64,000 nt of DNA, taken from assembly GCF_018350175.1 (NCBI RefSeq), contig NC_058369.1, forward strand, positions 26,724,001-26,788,000, given 5' to 3'. The DNA comes from Felis catus. Taxonomy: Eukaryota. This document shows, piece after piece, positions 13,985 through 27,387 of the stretch (position 1 is the first letter of the stretch; every line of letters begins with the position of its first letter). The notes beneath the pieces are model-generated. The model was given only the letters and a program-made list of their open reading frames with translations, was not told the DNA's origin and searched no databases. The position numbers and the translations under genes were made by a program.

Positions 13985-14215
13985 TTTTTAAAAAAATGTT
14001 TATTTATTTTTGGGGGGGGGAATGCGCACACATGAGCTGGGGAGGGGCAGAGAGCAAGGGAGAGAGAGAATCCTAAGCATGCTCCACGTTGTCAGTGCAG
14101 AGGCTGATGTGGGGCTTAATCTCATGAACTGTGGGATCATGACCTGAAGCCAAAATCAAGAGCAAGAGTCAGAAGCTTAAATGATTGAGCCACCTAGGCA
14201 CCCTTAACCTTTCAT

Positions 14216-14250
<35 letters not shown>

Positions 14251-14394
14251 ACATGTGAGCGGGGGAGAGAATCTCAAGCAGGCTCCACACCTAGCATGGA
14301 GCCCGATGTGGGGCTTTATCCCACAACTCTGGGATCACGACCTGAGCTGAAATCATGAGTTGGGTGCTCAACCAACTGAGCCACCCAGTGTCCC
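13985..14394 (-). mobile_element. Two CAN-SINEs head-to-tail (13985-14204 and 14209-14394)
   Basis: Two consecutive SINE bodies with diverged outer flanks taattgctaatttttaa / caattgatatttttaa. Confidence 0.88.
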
Positions 14395-15194
14395 TACAAT
14401 TGATATTTTAATCAGAATAGTTCTGTGTCTTGATATATAGATATTCATAACCCATTTTTGTGGGATCTACTATTGGCTAGGCACCTCTGCTATACTGAGA
14501 TCTTACGCCTTTTCTTGCCCTGGGGTGGTTTACTAGGCAAGGGCAATCTGAGTTCAATTCCACTGCAGGAAGGAGTGGGCATGCAGCCTTAAACTGATGA
14601 AATCTGATAGGATGAGCACTCACCTGACCTGGAGATAGACAGGCAGAGAAACTCTCAACAGTGTTAATTATTAAAAACACTAAACCATTCCAGTTACTGA
14701 GGAAGGCAAACTTGTATACTGTTGAGGAAGGAACAGTCAGAGGCCTGGCCTAGAGTTCCACCTTCCTGACCTCAGCACAAGATACCTCATTTCCATGGGC
14801 CTTATTTTCCTCCTCTGTGTAATTAAGACATTGGATTAGATGATCTCTAAGGCCCTTCCCTGCTCAATGAGTCCATTATGGCAAGATGTCAGTATTTCTA
14901 GTTTTTTCTCTGGCCTTTGAAGGGATAATTTTCTTCACATTGCTTGACATTCAATAAAGGCTTATTGAATAGAGACAGTGACTGAATGAATAATTGAACA
15001 AACAATTAGCCAACCTTTACTTCATTAATTCATCAGACATGTATGACAGATTACCAACACCAGGCCATGTGCTAGAGATAAAAATATGGAGACTTAACCT
15101 ATGCCCTCAAGGGCTCTCAGTCTGAAATTATACTTTTAATTATTCTATTCTTGCATTTCTCAACACAGAACACATGCCCAAGTGCTGATATCTT

Positions 15195-15404
15195 ATTTTA
15201 TTTTTTAAGTTTATTTATTTATTTTGAGAGTGAGCACATGCAAGTGAGGGAGAGGCAGAAAGAGAAGGGAGAGAGAATCACAAGCAGGCTCCATGCTGTC
15301 AGTGCAGAGCCCCATGCAGGGCTTCATCTCACAAACCGTGAGATCATGACCTGAGCCAAAATTGAGAGTCAGAGGTTAAAGCAACTGAGCCACCCAGGCG
15401 CTCC
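15195..15404 (-). mobile_element. CAN-SINE
   Basis: Standard body and head ...gagccacccaggcgctcc. Confidence 0.88.
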
Positions 15405-15546
15405 ACTGTGATATTTTAGAAAGAACACTGAACTGGGTGTCAGAAGACCCATAAAGTCATCAGTGACAGAGTCTAAGTCCATGCCTAGTGGGTAATCACT
15501 TGTTCTTTCCTCTCTCTTTTCTCTCCTCTTGTTCTTCTCTTACCTA

Positions 15547-15554
15547 TGTGTGTA

Positions 15555-15606
<52 letters not shown>
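15547..15606. repeat. (TG)/(TA)n microsatellite
   Basis: Visible dinucleotide run. Confidence 0.9.
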
Positions 15607-15608
<2 letters not shown>

Positions 15609-16190
15609 TTTTAATGCAGAATGATACAAGTTAATCAATAATTTAGTCATGCAAATGCTTAAAAATGCCAGTCCATGTCCCCTTGGGAACCATAAAAGTC
15701 ATAAATTCATTTGAACCAGCATGCTTTACTACTTGTTCAGCATAAGCCATTCCTCCGGGCAAGTGAAAAACTGGTTAATTTCTTGTTTTAGGGTTCTAGT
15801 AATTCACTTTCTATTATATTGCACTGTGTAAACAGAGAACAGCAATGGAATCAGGCAACATTGCCTAGCATGGGTGAGTTTAAGAGGTTCTAGAATGAAA
15901 TGCAGCAGTTTAAATAAGCCAAGGACAACAAAGTACTGAGCTTAAGTAACATTTAATACAATATCTTTAAATAAAATCTCAGAATGGAATGTAAGAAACA
16001 GGAAAAAGAGTTTCCTAAGATAAAAGTCTCAATACTATGACTAACAGATCTGTCTTTGAAGGAGAAAATCAACCCTCCCACTACTTTCAGTATGAAAGAC
16101 AAAGGGACATCCATAACTTATCGAATACAGACATGTTTAACATGGCCAGTCACCAAATCGTGACATTCTTATTCCATGACATGTCTTGCC

Positions 16191-16309
16191 TTTTTTTTTT
16201 TTTTAAGGAGGCTCCAGCCCAGTGTGGGGCCTGAACTCATGACCCTAGATCAAGACCTGAGCGGAGACCAAGAGTCAGATGCTCAACTGACTGGGCCACC
16301 CAGGCACCC
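16191..16309 (-). mobile_element. Short, older-type CAN-SINE
   Basis: Poly-T followed by gaactcatgacc...gatcaagacctgagc...caagagtcagatgctcaactgactg. Confidence 0.8.
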
Positions 16310-16357
16310 TCCCCCTGCCTGGGAAATTCTAAAATTTCCCCTCCCACCCTCCCAAGA

Positions 16358-16575
16358 AGGGCAGTACACTGTAGTAATTAGGAGTATATACTCGAGTCCT
16401 AATGACAGGCTTCAAAACCTGCCTTTACTACTTAACAGTTGTGTGACACTGGGCACATTATCTGACTTCTCTGTGCCTAAGTTTCCCTATCTATAAAATG
16501 GGGATAATAGTAACATCCACTTCATAGAGTTGTTATGAGCATTAAATTAAGTTCATATATAAAGTGTTTAGAACA
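16358..16575 (+). mobile_element. MIR SINE
   Basis: Core ttctctgtgcctaagtttccctatctataaaatggggataatagtaac. Confidence 0.8.
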
Positions 16576-17134
16576 CCTACTGCTCCTATTAGCACCATAA
16601 TCATCACTGCTATCACTTCTGCTGCCAACCTCCTTGGCCAGGGACACTCATTTTGCCCCACACTGTTATCCTTTCTCCTCTTTTATCAAATGTCTTCATA
16701 AGTATTCTTGTACTGTTTATGTTTCTAGTGTCTAAAATTACACAGTGAACTTTCAGGGAAGGAAATTTGCTCTACCTCTTTATGTCACACAAAACATGCA
16801 GCCTAGTAATAGAATATTATATTAAATCATTACTCCCACCCCTGCCATGTACCATACTGAACTCCCTGTTCCTTGAACACATCAGATATATTCATGATAC
16901 CCTGCCTTTATGCACATACACTCTTTCCTCTTTTAGAAATGCTTTCTTTTCTTGTTATCCATTTTCATTACCTGGGAAATTATTATTTTTCCTTCAGGAT
17001 ATATTTTGGAAATTTATTTCTCTAGGTGAGTATAGACCAAACACTGCTCTATGGATAGATACTGACCCATGAAGTCATTTTCACTGGTCTGTGGTGAAAA
17101 TGTCAGCCTTTATTCTGAAATTAACACATTCCTA

Positions 17135-17135
<1 letters not shown>

Positions 17136-17174
<39 letters not shown>
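17136..17174. repeat. (TG)n microsatellite
   Basis: Visible dinucleotide run. Confidence 0.95.
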
Positions 17175-17176
<2 letters not shown>

Positions 17177-18489
17177 AAATGTCTTTTCAATTAATGAAAT
17201 GATCAGAATAATTGTAGTTTTTCTTTTTTTGTTTGTTTTAATGCTCTGATTTGGCAAATTCAAAAGTTGGCAACCTTATGTCAGTCAATTTTTTCTTAAC
17301 TTGGTAGGTCTGTGAAATCAAAGTGCCTCTCCAGGTGGCTTTCTCAAATAAGAGGTAAGTGCTCCAGACTCTCCTCCCACTGCTTGTTAAGCCCATTAGT
17401 TAAGTTTCTTCCAGGTATAACAATCTACACGTACATGTAAATCTTCCTGAGAGATCCCAAGCTCCTCAAAGCAGAGGCTGTGTCAACCCAGTGCCTGATT
17501 ACAGGAGGCAGATAAATGTTTAGCATCTACACAATGAATCATAGTTTTTATCTTGTCACATACATTTTTATATTTTATTGGATCTTCACAACCACCTCAT
17601 AATAATTAATGAGGAAACAATGCTCAGAGATGTTCAGAACTCACACAAAGCACAAAGTTGGTACATGATCACAGCAATGGACTGTGGGACCATTAACCTG
17701 TATCTTTGGCCTCTACAATACCAATTTAACTTCTCCAAGATGTACTTGGTTTACACACCATATGCTTTCAGTGGGAATGTAATAGTATTTTGCTTAACCA
17801 AGGAACAATTATTATCCTCACTTTACTGATGCAGAACCTGAAGCATAGAGATTGGGTGAGCACTTGTACAAGGTTAAGTCCTGGCAGCTAAGTGAGGAAT
17901 ATGGGGTTATATTCCACAGCACCCTGAACCACAGCATGCCTCCCCAAGTCTATTTGGAACATTTGAGGCAATCTGAGATGCCACATTCATAAGGCTTTTT
18001 TTCAGTCCTTCTGAAAAACTAAAAGAAATCATGCCAATGTTTGTTCTTGGAATTTTTTACAGATTACCCATTCATTTTAAAAACTGATTATAAAACAAAA
18101 TATGTGTATATTGTTCAAAAATACAAATGGTACTACAAGATTATGAGACAAAGTCATCATTCTCTGACTGCTGCCCTCCCTCCTCACTCATCCCCCCAGG
18201 CTCGCAATGCAGAGGCAACTATTCTGAAGCCTCAGCAATAGCTTCTATCTTCTGGTACTTATTTGTTTATAAACAGTAGCCTCATATTGGCATTTCTGCA
18301 CTTATGCTTTAGATAATATCTCTGACTTCCTATTTTGGAAAAAAAAAGATTTAGCACTGTTAAACTACCATACCACCTTCCTTCCCTCCCCACATCTTTC
18401 AAATAGGATTTTTCATAATTTTTGGATAACTTATTATTTAGTATGGTACATTATTAAGATTATGTACAAAAATTGTGCCAATAGGCAAC

Positions 18490-19555
18490 TATTTTTAAGG
18501 CAAAAATCTAAAAGGTGGACAACACCAAATGCAGGCAAGGCAAGAGTTACTCTTATTCATTTCTGGTGGGAATACAAAATGGTATAGCCACTTTGGAAGA
18601 CAGTTTGACAGTTTCTTAAAAACTAAACTTACTCTTACCCTATGAACTGGCAGTCATCCTCCTTGATATTTACCCAAATGGGTTGAAAATTTATGTTCCT
18701 ACAAAAACTTGCACAAGAATATAGCAGCTTCATTAATAATTGCCAAATTTTGGAAGCAACCAAGATGTCCTTCGGTAGGTTAATGGAAAAACAAACTGGT
18801 AATACAGACAAGAGAATATTATTCAGCATCAAAATGATATGAACTATCAACCCATGAAAAGACATGGAGGAACTTTTTTAAAAAATGTTTATTTTTGAGA
18901 GAGAATGAACGAGCAGGAACGGGGGAGGGGCAGAGAGAGAGAGGAAGACAGGGGATACGAAGCAGGCTCTGCGCTGACAGCAGAGAGCTGGATGTGGGCT
19001 TGAATCCACAAACTGCAAGATTATAACCTGAGCCAAAGTCAGATGCTCAACTGATTGAGCCACCGAGGCACCCTGGAGGTTAAAAGGCATATTACTAAGT
19101 GAAAGAAATCAGTCCAAAAAGGCTATATGTTGCATGATTCCAACTATGTAACATTCTGGTGAAGGCAAAACTATGAAGACAATAAAAAGACCAATGGTTG
19201 CCAGGAATTAATAGGGAGGGAGGAATGAATGGGTAGAACCTAGAAGACAAGGGCAGTGAAACTATTCTGTAGGATAGTATATTGTTAGATACATGTTATT
19301 ATTCATTTGTCAAAACCCACTGAGTATACACCACTAAGAGGGAATGCTAATGTAAACTATGGACTTTGGGTGATAATAAAGTGTTTATGTAAGTTCATTA
19401 ATTTTGGCAAATGTACCACTCTGGTATGAGTGGCTATAGCTGTGGAGACTGTGCATATGCGGGGGTAACGAGGACATAGAAATTCTTTGCAATTTGCATT
19501 CAATTTTGCTGTGAACCTAAAACTGCCCTTGAAAATAAAATGTTTTTTTTAAAAA
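18490..19555 (+). mobile_element. L1 (L1MC1-like) 3' end interrupted by a CAN-SINE
   Basis: gggaatacaaaatggtatagccactttggaagacagtttg...taatgtaaactatggactttgggtgataat...ttgctgtgaacctaaaactgc, ending near aataaa. Confidence 0.8.
18874..19073 (-). mobile_element. CAN-SINE inside an L1
   Basis: Flanked by tggagg on both sides; standard body. Confidence 0.88.
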
Positions 19556-21940
19556 GCTGTACACATTTAAGCCATGTAATATGCTATGATTACGTTTCTT
19601 TTCTTGTACAACTTTTTGTTTTCCTTAGGGTTGATCACTGTTTTATTTTGTGATAGATTTTTGTACACACCACACATTAATTCTTCCCAAACTCCCTATT
19701 AGCACTATAAAATCAAATCAACTTTACTTTCCATGTTCAAACACATCATATTGTATCAGATATATTCTTTTCCTAGAGACTTTCCTCTTGAAAGCCTCCA
19801 TTTTCCTGCTGAAATCTGGACTGTTTTCTAGATGTGCTGAACAAATGTCATCCTTTGAATTCCTTTAACCACAATTCTGAAAATTCTCTTTGCTTTTCTC
19901 TGAAATCTTGTTTCTTGGATCCCACATACTCCTTTTTCTTGATCTACTCCTTATATTTTATGGAGAATATCTTCCAGATCTTTTCTGACAAAGGATTTAA
20001 ATAAATATAAATTTTTGAGACCTTGCATGTCAGCAAACACCTTTATTTTGCACTCAATTAATTGTTAGACTGGATGGGTGTAAAATTCTAAGTTGAAAGT
20101 AATTTTTCCTTATATTTTGAAGGTATGGTTTCAAGGTCTTCTACCATCTAATGTTGTTGTATGAAGTCAGACATTATTCTTATTCCTACTCCTTTGTATG
20201 CAACTTCAATTTAAAAAAAATTCTGGAAGCTTTAATAATCTTTTCTTTTTTTCCCTCCTATTCTGAAATTACACAATGGTGACTCTTTTCTTCTTTTTTT
20301 TCTTTTTCTGTTTTTGATGAGCTATGTCAATCTGAAAACATCTGACCTTTAATTTTGGGAAATCTTCCTATATATCATCCCTCCTGTTTCCTCTAGTCTC
20401 TCACTTAGAATCCTATCATTCTGTTGATGGGTCTCTTGGACTAACTTCTAATATTCTTAACATTTGGATCTTATTTTCAGTCTTTCGGGCTTCTTAAAAA
20501 TTTTTTTTTTATTCTAAATCTCTGAAGAAAGACAATACAATACAATCTCAAAATAGCTATATAGTTTCTGTGTCAAAATGTCCAGTATACACTCAAAACT
20601 TACTAGACACATTAGGATACAAGAACAAGAGAAAAACAGACAACAAAAACAGACCCACAGGACAGACAGACATTGGAATTGTGAGCCATGCCTTTTAAAA
20701 TAACTTTGCTTAATATATTTGAGAAATTAAATAATGAGATGGAGAATTTCAGCTAAGGAATGGAAACTATAAAAAAAATCTAATGGAAATTCTAGAAACA
20801 AAAAATGTAATAACTGAAATTAAGAATGCCAAAGTATGTGTTCATTTATCTTCTTGACAAATATCTAAAGAAATGCCTATCTAGAAGCTCCAAGAGAAAT
20901 GTAGAATGATTCTAGCAGCACTATTCAAAATGCCTAATATGGACGAATAAATTGTGGTACATTCACACGATGCCATACTATGTACAGTAATTAAATTAGC
21001 AATATAGGTGAATCTCACAAACACATTTTACACAAACACATTAAAATACATGTTAAAGAATGTATATTTGGAAAGAATATATACTATATGATTCCACTTA
21101 AATAAACTTCAAAAATAGGTAAAATTTATTTAAATTGTTAGAAGTCAGGAGAGTGTGACCTCTCAAAAGAGAGAGGGACATGACTGGGAGGGAATTATGA
21201 GCAGGGATTCTAGGATGTTTGTAGTATTCTATTTCTTGATCTGGATGATGGTTACAGAAATGTGTTCACTTTGTGGTAATTCATAAAGCTGCACACTTAT
21301 GATTTATAAATGTTTTTAAATTATATTAAAGGCTTATAAGATAATAAACTTCAATAAAATACAACAAGAACAAATAACTCCTATTTTATAGATGCAATGT
21401 TTTCTTAACTTTGAGAAAAGCATGTATCTATTTCCTACTTTATCTATTTCTTTCTTTCTGTTAGTTCTTGTGTCTATCTAACATGTATCCAATGTACCTG
21501 AGTTGAAAAGTTCTCTGGATCAGTTTCTCCAGAGAAGAAATATCCTATTGTTTGCTTGTTTGGAGTTAGAAAGGGAATCTGGGATCCGTTAGCAGTCCAT
21601 ATGGAATTTTAGCCAATTTCCTTGTTTTTAGCCACACTCTTTTATTTCCTGCATTTGGCAGGGGGCTGCCAATTCTTGAGCCCCTCTGAGCTTCTACATT
21701 ATGAATCTTATTGGTGAATCTCTCTGTAAACCCACTAGTTTCAGCTTCCTCTGCTCTTCTAAGTCAGTTGTCATTCCTCAATCTTACAAAATTTATGAAC
21801 ACACTTTGTCTGTTGTTAGCTACTCTTCAATAATTTTCATCCTGGTGGGTTTATTGCCATTTTTAGTCCTATAATTTTAGTGGGGTTTGAGGAAGGATCA
21901 GAGATAAAAACATGTATTTAATATGCCATATTTTGATTTA
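19556..21940. mobile_element. Nest of very old L1/HAL1-like fragments in both orientations
   Basis: Degenerate ORF1-like and 3'UTR-like L1 segments: plus strand at about 20540-21360, minus strand on the flanks. The 19556-19640 segment is also similar to 26410-26500. Confidence 0.55.
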
Positions 21941-22099
21941 CTCTTTTCCTTATATTTATTTAAAAATATTAATCAGGTTATGATTTACCTCCTATGATCT
22001 GATGTAGAATGCACATACATTTCTATAAATTTTGAGGTTTCTTATTAGCTGGGTGCTATTTTTTTAAAAATGAAGTCTTTTGCTTTCTTGTATAGCCTT

Positions 22100-22307
22100 T
22101 TTAAAAAAAAATTTTTAACGTTTATTTTTTGAGAGACAGCATGAGCTGGGGAGGAGACAGAGAGAGAGGAGGTCACAGATTCTGAAGCAGGCTTCAGGCT
22201 CTGAGCTGTCAGCACAGAGCCTGATGCGGGGCTCAAACTCATGAACCATGAGATCATGACCTGAGCCGAAGTTGGATGCTTAACTGACTGAGCCACCCAG
22301 GTGCCCC
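22100..22307 (-). mobile_element. CAN-SINE (feliform)
   Basis: TSD tcttgtatagccttt on both sides. Confidence 0.92.
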
Positions 22308-22974
22308 TCTTGTATAGCCTTTAAATGGTACATAAGATGAGTGGCTGGACTTCCTGCCTTGTAATCTCTCTGGGAGCTGTTAATGCACTGCTGTGTTTTG
22401 TTATCAAATGAAATTTATAGGCACAGTTTCTTGTTCCACAGAGTGAACCACACAAGGATTTCTCAGACACTCATCCAGACAGAGCACAAGTCTAAAGTCT
22501 ACTTTATACAAACTTCTAAGAAATCACCTTTGCCATCTTATGTGCTACTCTGTTTCCTGGGCTTCTAGAAAAATTGATTTTGTTAAAAATAATCCCAGAC
22601 AAAAATCAAAAGAAAGCATCAGTATTCTCTCAATACTTTCAGTTGTTTAAGACTATCTTAGGAGAGTTTGTGCCATCTTATAAATTCTGGACAGTTCAGT
22701 TATCTGCAGAATATATTTATTAATCATATAATGAATAATCAATGTGTATATTTCCAATCTTTCTAAAAATAATATGAGGAATAACTCAATCATTTTTCTA
22801 TTTTAACATGATTATTGGAAAATTAATATATAAATGTAATTTCTCCCAAATGAGTTCATGAAATAACCACAGAATAATGAGATAGTATACGTTGGACAAT
22901 AGCAGAGCTTTTTGAATGTTGACATCTTTTGAACACCCTTGTTAATTTGGTGATTTTACTACATCAATGAGTCC

Positions 22975-23285
22975 TATCTCCTTAGTTGGAAATAAGACAT
23001 TTGCTTTGTTAGCCTCCCTTGCACCATGTGACCTAGCCTCTACAAGTCAGACAGTACAGTCAGACCTACAGAGTCTTTGCCCGGTTGCAGTAGCTAATGG
23101 GGGTCTTCCTTGGAGCAGTCCTGTGGTGGGAGCTGCATTTGTTTTTGGCTGTAGCCTCTAAGCCTGATTTTCTGGACATCCTTGAGATTCTATGAACTGG
23201 CTAATTTCCTTAAATAAATTCTTTTTTCTGTTTCAACTACCTAGACAGGACTCCATCGCTTGCAACTAAGAACCTCGACGGATTC
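22975..23285 (+). mobile_element. Old MaLR (MLT1) LTR 3' fragment
   Basis: Ends with aataaattctttttt...ttgcaactaagaacc, typical of old MLT1 subfamilies. Confidence 0.55.
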
Positions 23286-23379
23286 ACATGGTAAGTGCTA
23301 TCATAAACAAACCAGAAAAATAACCACAAAAATAAAAAAGATATCTTTGTGACATTCAGCTACACTTAAACACGTGATT

Positions 23380-23712
23380 CAGAGTAAAGAATGACATATG
23401 CTACAACATGGATGAATCATGAGGTCTTAGGCTAAGTGAAATAAGCCAACTATAGAGAGACAAATACTGTATGATTTTACTTATATAAGGCAACTAAAAT
23501 AATTAAATTCATGGAATCAGAGTAGAATGGTGGTTACCAGCAGTTGAGGAGGGGGTAAATGGGAGTTACTAATCGATGGGTTTTGGTCAAGATGAATACG
23601 CTCTAGAGATCTGCTATACAGCATTGCACCTGTAGTCAACAATAACATGTTATACACCTAAAAATTTGTGAAGAGGACAGATCTCATGTTAAGTGTTTAT
23701 TCCACAATAACA
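23380..23712 (+). mobile_element. L1 (L1MA10/L1MB1-like) 3' end
   Basis: gctacaacatggatgaa...ctaagtgaaataagcca...gacaaatactgtatgatt...ctagagatctgctatacagc...agatctcatgttaagtg. Confidence 0.85.
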
Positions 23713-23812
23713 TAGAAAAACCATTTCCATGTACTCATACTATCCAAAGGTGTGTCTAATTTTTAAAAACACATTGGAGAATTTAAAAATCTTGGTAGCA
23801 ATTTGAACATAC

Positions 23813-23969
23813 CGTCTTTATCAACGGTGTCTTGAGGCTTGCATTTTAAAGTAAAGATCTTCCGTAGCTTACAGTTAGCAGAGACAATAATTCCATCCAA
23901 TGACTGGAAAACTGCTCCCTTGAATATTTCACTGGTAAATGCTACCAAGTCTATACATAGATTGCACCA
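23813..23969 (-). CDS. CFAP20DC: CFAP20DC coding exon (probably exon 6); 157 nt, phase 0 to 1
   Basis: Minus strand: cttctttcctttattttag|TGG TGC AAT...AAA GAC G|gtatgt. Translates [52 protein letters not shown]. The W-N-L-x-I-D-L and ANC(K/R)LR(K/R)I motifs are typical of the CFA20 domain C-terminus. Overlaps ORF 23763..23948. Confidence 0.96.
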
Positions 23970-25323
23970 CTAAAATAAAGGAAAGAAGGGTAAGTACTTT
24001 TCAATAATCACATAGGTGAACAAGCCATCTATATGTGGGTAGTCCAGAGAGTGGAGGCAATTATCTGGATCAACTTGCCCCAAAACAACTTTCCCCCTTA
24101 AGCAAATCTCTATTTTGGCTTCAGTTTTCTTAAAAATTGCATTGATTCTTCCAAAGAAGTCATCATAATCTAAACTATACATTGGTCATCTGACTGTAGA
24201 GTTCTCATTACAAGGCAAGATTTTGACAACTTTGGGAAATAACTCTGGATCTGTAGGCAGTATGTTAGTGGGAAGCTAATTGCAGGTGCGTTAGACCACT
24301 TAAATCTTGAAAATCAGGGATAAGTAGCCAATTGTTCCTTCAAGGGGACTAATTTGATCATAATTAGCCACTTATATTTGTTAAAAAAAATCATGGATGA
24401 AATTGGAAGCCGGGTTTAAATTGTGGCCGGTGCTGTCTACTTATAACCAATTAACCTATTGTACAGAAATAGATTCTTCTAAAGAATTTGTAATTATGCC
24501 TGGTATTTGCCAGTTTTTAAAGTACTCTTTGCAGGGACTAATTTCTGCCCATTAAACAATTAGACTCCTCAATACTTCATCAAATGAATTCTCTAAATGG
24601 TCTGACTGAGTTAAAGAAAAGGAGAAAATAATCATTTAGTGAGAAATTAAGACATATTGAAGATTGCAGGACAACAGGAAAAAGAATTTTTGAAATTAAA
24701 AGCACAGTAGTATTTAAAGTTGTCTGTACTTCTTTTAAAATATCAGTTTACATAAGGTTCATCTTATTAATCTGTCAAAATTGAAAGTTATATTTATTTA
24801 TAAAAGAGATAACGATGCTATTTATAAAGGCATATTCTATTCAGGAATGTCGATTTTATTATGAAGGAAAACCTGAGGTTTTTCCACAGGAGAAAAGTAA
24901 GACAGATTGCAGCAAGTTACTGATTAAATACAGGAAGATTAATCATAGGTATCTCAAGAGTAGAATTATATTCCCAGGCAATGGGGATGCTCTTGTTTTT
25001 TGGGTGAAAAGAAGTCTGGTGGAATAAGAGGTGGGAAGGAGGGCTGACTGTGATGCGGTAATGAGACTCGCTTGACCTGCAGGGTGGTGAGCTCCGGGGA
25101 GGTGTGGGAGGTAATGTTGGATGGGCCAGCAAGCCAGGTTCTGGAGGGGCAGAAAGATCAGGAGAACCTTGGACTCCAGAGGGTAAGGTGTCATTGCAGC
25201 TCTTGAAGGAGAATGTGACAAGAATGGAGTACTGGGAATTCTAGAGTATCCCTGATGCAGGAATATTTGGGGGTGGGAGGAAGGCTGAGGTAGAGTGGAG
25301 ACAGACTGAGGCACAGGAAGACT

Positions 25324-25360
25324 AGTCAGTCCGTCAGTCAGTCAGTCAGTCAGTCAGTCA
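25324..25360. repeat. (AGTC)n tetranucleotide microsatellite
   Basis: agtcagtccgtcagtcagtcagtc... Confidence 0.9.
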
Positions 25361-25829
25361 CTTAAGCATGACATGAGGAGGGTCTTGTAGAGGGCTAGTA
25401 TTGGGGGTGGGATATAAGGGACAAGTCCAGTAGGCATGTCATGGAATAAATGAAACATCAGGGTTTGGTAAAATCCAGGTTATAGGGGATGGTGCTACTG
25501 GGGTTTCCAGCTATCCTATAATAATTACTAACATTATTAACATCACCATTGTTGTTATGTGGTTCCTATTCTTAAAAGACTTAAGATTATGTACCAATTG
25601 CAATCATTCAGCTAGTCTGTCCCAACAGTAACTGTATTCATCCATTCCTCCTCACAGGTGCTAAGCACAGGTGCTAAGAGAAGTCACTGGGTGTGACTCT
25701 GACATACAGAAATGAATAAGAGAGTCCTTCCAGTCTGGGAAGGGAGGCAGACATGTGGCATCTGGTATGAACCGTTATTGCAGAGGGGGCTCAATGTGGG
25801 AGGATGGGAAGACTCAGGTAAGGCTTCGT

Positions 25830-25860
25830 TTTAAAATATTTTAAATGTTTATCTATTTTT

Positions 25861-25904
<44 letters not shown>

Positions 25905-26070
25905 ATGAGTGGGGAAAGGGCAGAGAGAGAGGGAAACATAGAATCTGAAGCAGGCTCCAGGCTCTGAGCTGTCAGCACAGAGCCTGATGTGGGGCTTGAA
26001 CTCACAGACTGCAAAATCATGAGCCAAGATGAAGTTGGACGCTTAACTGACTGAGCCACCCAGGTGCCCC
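25830..26070 (-). mobile_element. CAN-SINE (feliform)
   Basis: Standard body with expanded (GA)n. Confidence 0.9.
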
Positions 26071-27335
26071 AGGAAAGACTTCTTAAAAAAAACATTTAAA
26101 AAATGCCATGATATTATATGTAAATATAAGCCCAAACAGCAAATTTTATACAAAATGTAGTTCTTGTCATTTCTCCACTCTTCTAATCATACTGTCATCT
26201 CTTAACTATTTCTTCTCTCTGTATTTTTAAATAATACCTTTTGATTTATCAATTTTAGACATTATGTACTGTTTTCCTGTTATGGTAGATAAGACTTGTA
26301 GTTCACTTAACACTCTACTTCCTCTACTTCATCCTCCATAGGTAATTATCTCTCCTTTCTTTTTTTCTTTTTCCTCAAAATTAATATTCTATGTTTTCCT
26401 TTTTGTGACTATGTAAATACTGTACACAACTAAGCCAAGTGATGCTCTATGATTACCTTTCTTCATGCAACTTCTTTGTAATTCTAGGGTTAATGATTGC
26501 TTTTAAAATTATCTGCTTTATTGCATTTGAATCCAAGTTTTCCTATATCTAGGAAAGGAAAGGCTTGGAGGTGACATTTGAGTTTGGTTTTGAACAAGGA
26601 ATAATAGTTTCCAGGTCCAAGGTGACATGGGAACATGCTGGTCATTTCTTCTCAGGGCCCTGCCCTTTATTCCCTACTTCTGTGAACCCTCCTACTGGCT
26701 GCACCTGTATACCCCATCAGACTCCATCAGCTTGGCTTGGGAATTGGTGTCCACTTTCTTCAAAAACTCTGAGTCCCAGGAAACCAGGCCCTTACCCATA
26801 ACACACTTTTCTTATCCATCATAGTCAAGCTGCTTTTATTTCTTCTGCCTGGATTCATGCATCATAGAAAGTACTCAACAAATAATGATCTGCATGTGTA
26901 TGTGCATGATGTATGAAGACATACATATACATACATGCCAACACACATACTTTCAATCTTTCATTTTATTTTTCTAAGGTTTTATTTTAATTCCAGTTGG
27001 TTAACATACAGTGTTACATTAGTTTTAGGTGTACAATATGATGATTCAACACTTCCATACATCACCCGGTGCTCATCACAAGCGCACTTTTTAATCCCCA
27101 TCACCTATTTCACCATCTGGTAACCATCAGTTTGCTCTCTATAGTTAAGAGTCTGTTTCTTGGTTTGCTCTTTTCTTCCTCTTTGTTTGTTTCTTAAATT
27201 TCACATATGAGTGAAATCATATGGTATTTGTCTTTATCTGACCTAATTTTGTTTAGTATTATACTCTTTAGCTCCATCCCAAGTCACTGCAAATGGTAAG
27301 ATTTCATTCCTTTTTAATGGCTGAGTAATATTCCA

Positions 27336-27336
<1 letters not shown>

Positions 27337-27387
<51 letters not shown>
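27337..27387. repeat. (CA)n microsatellite in the L1 3'UTR
   Basis: Visible dinucleotide run. Confidence 0.95.
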
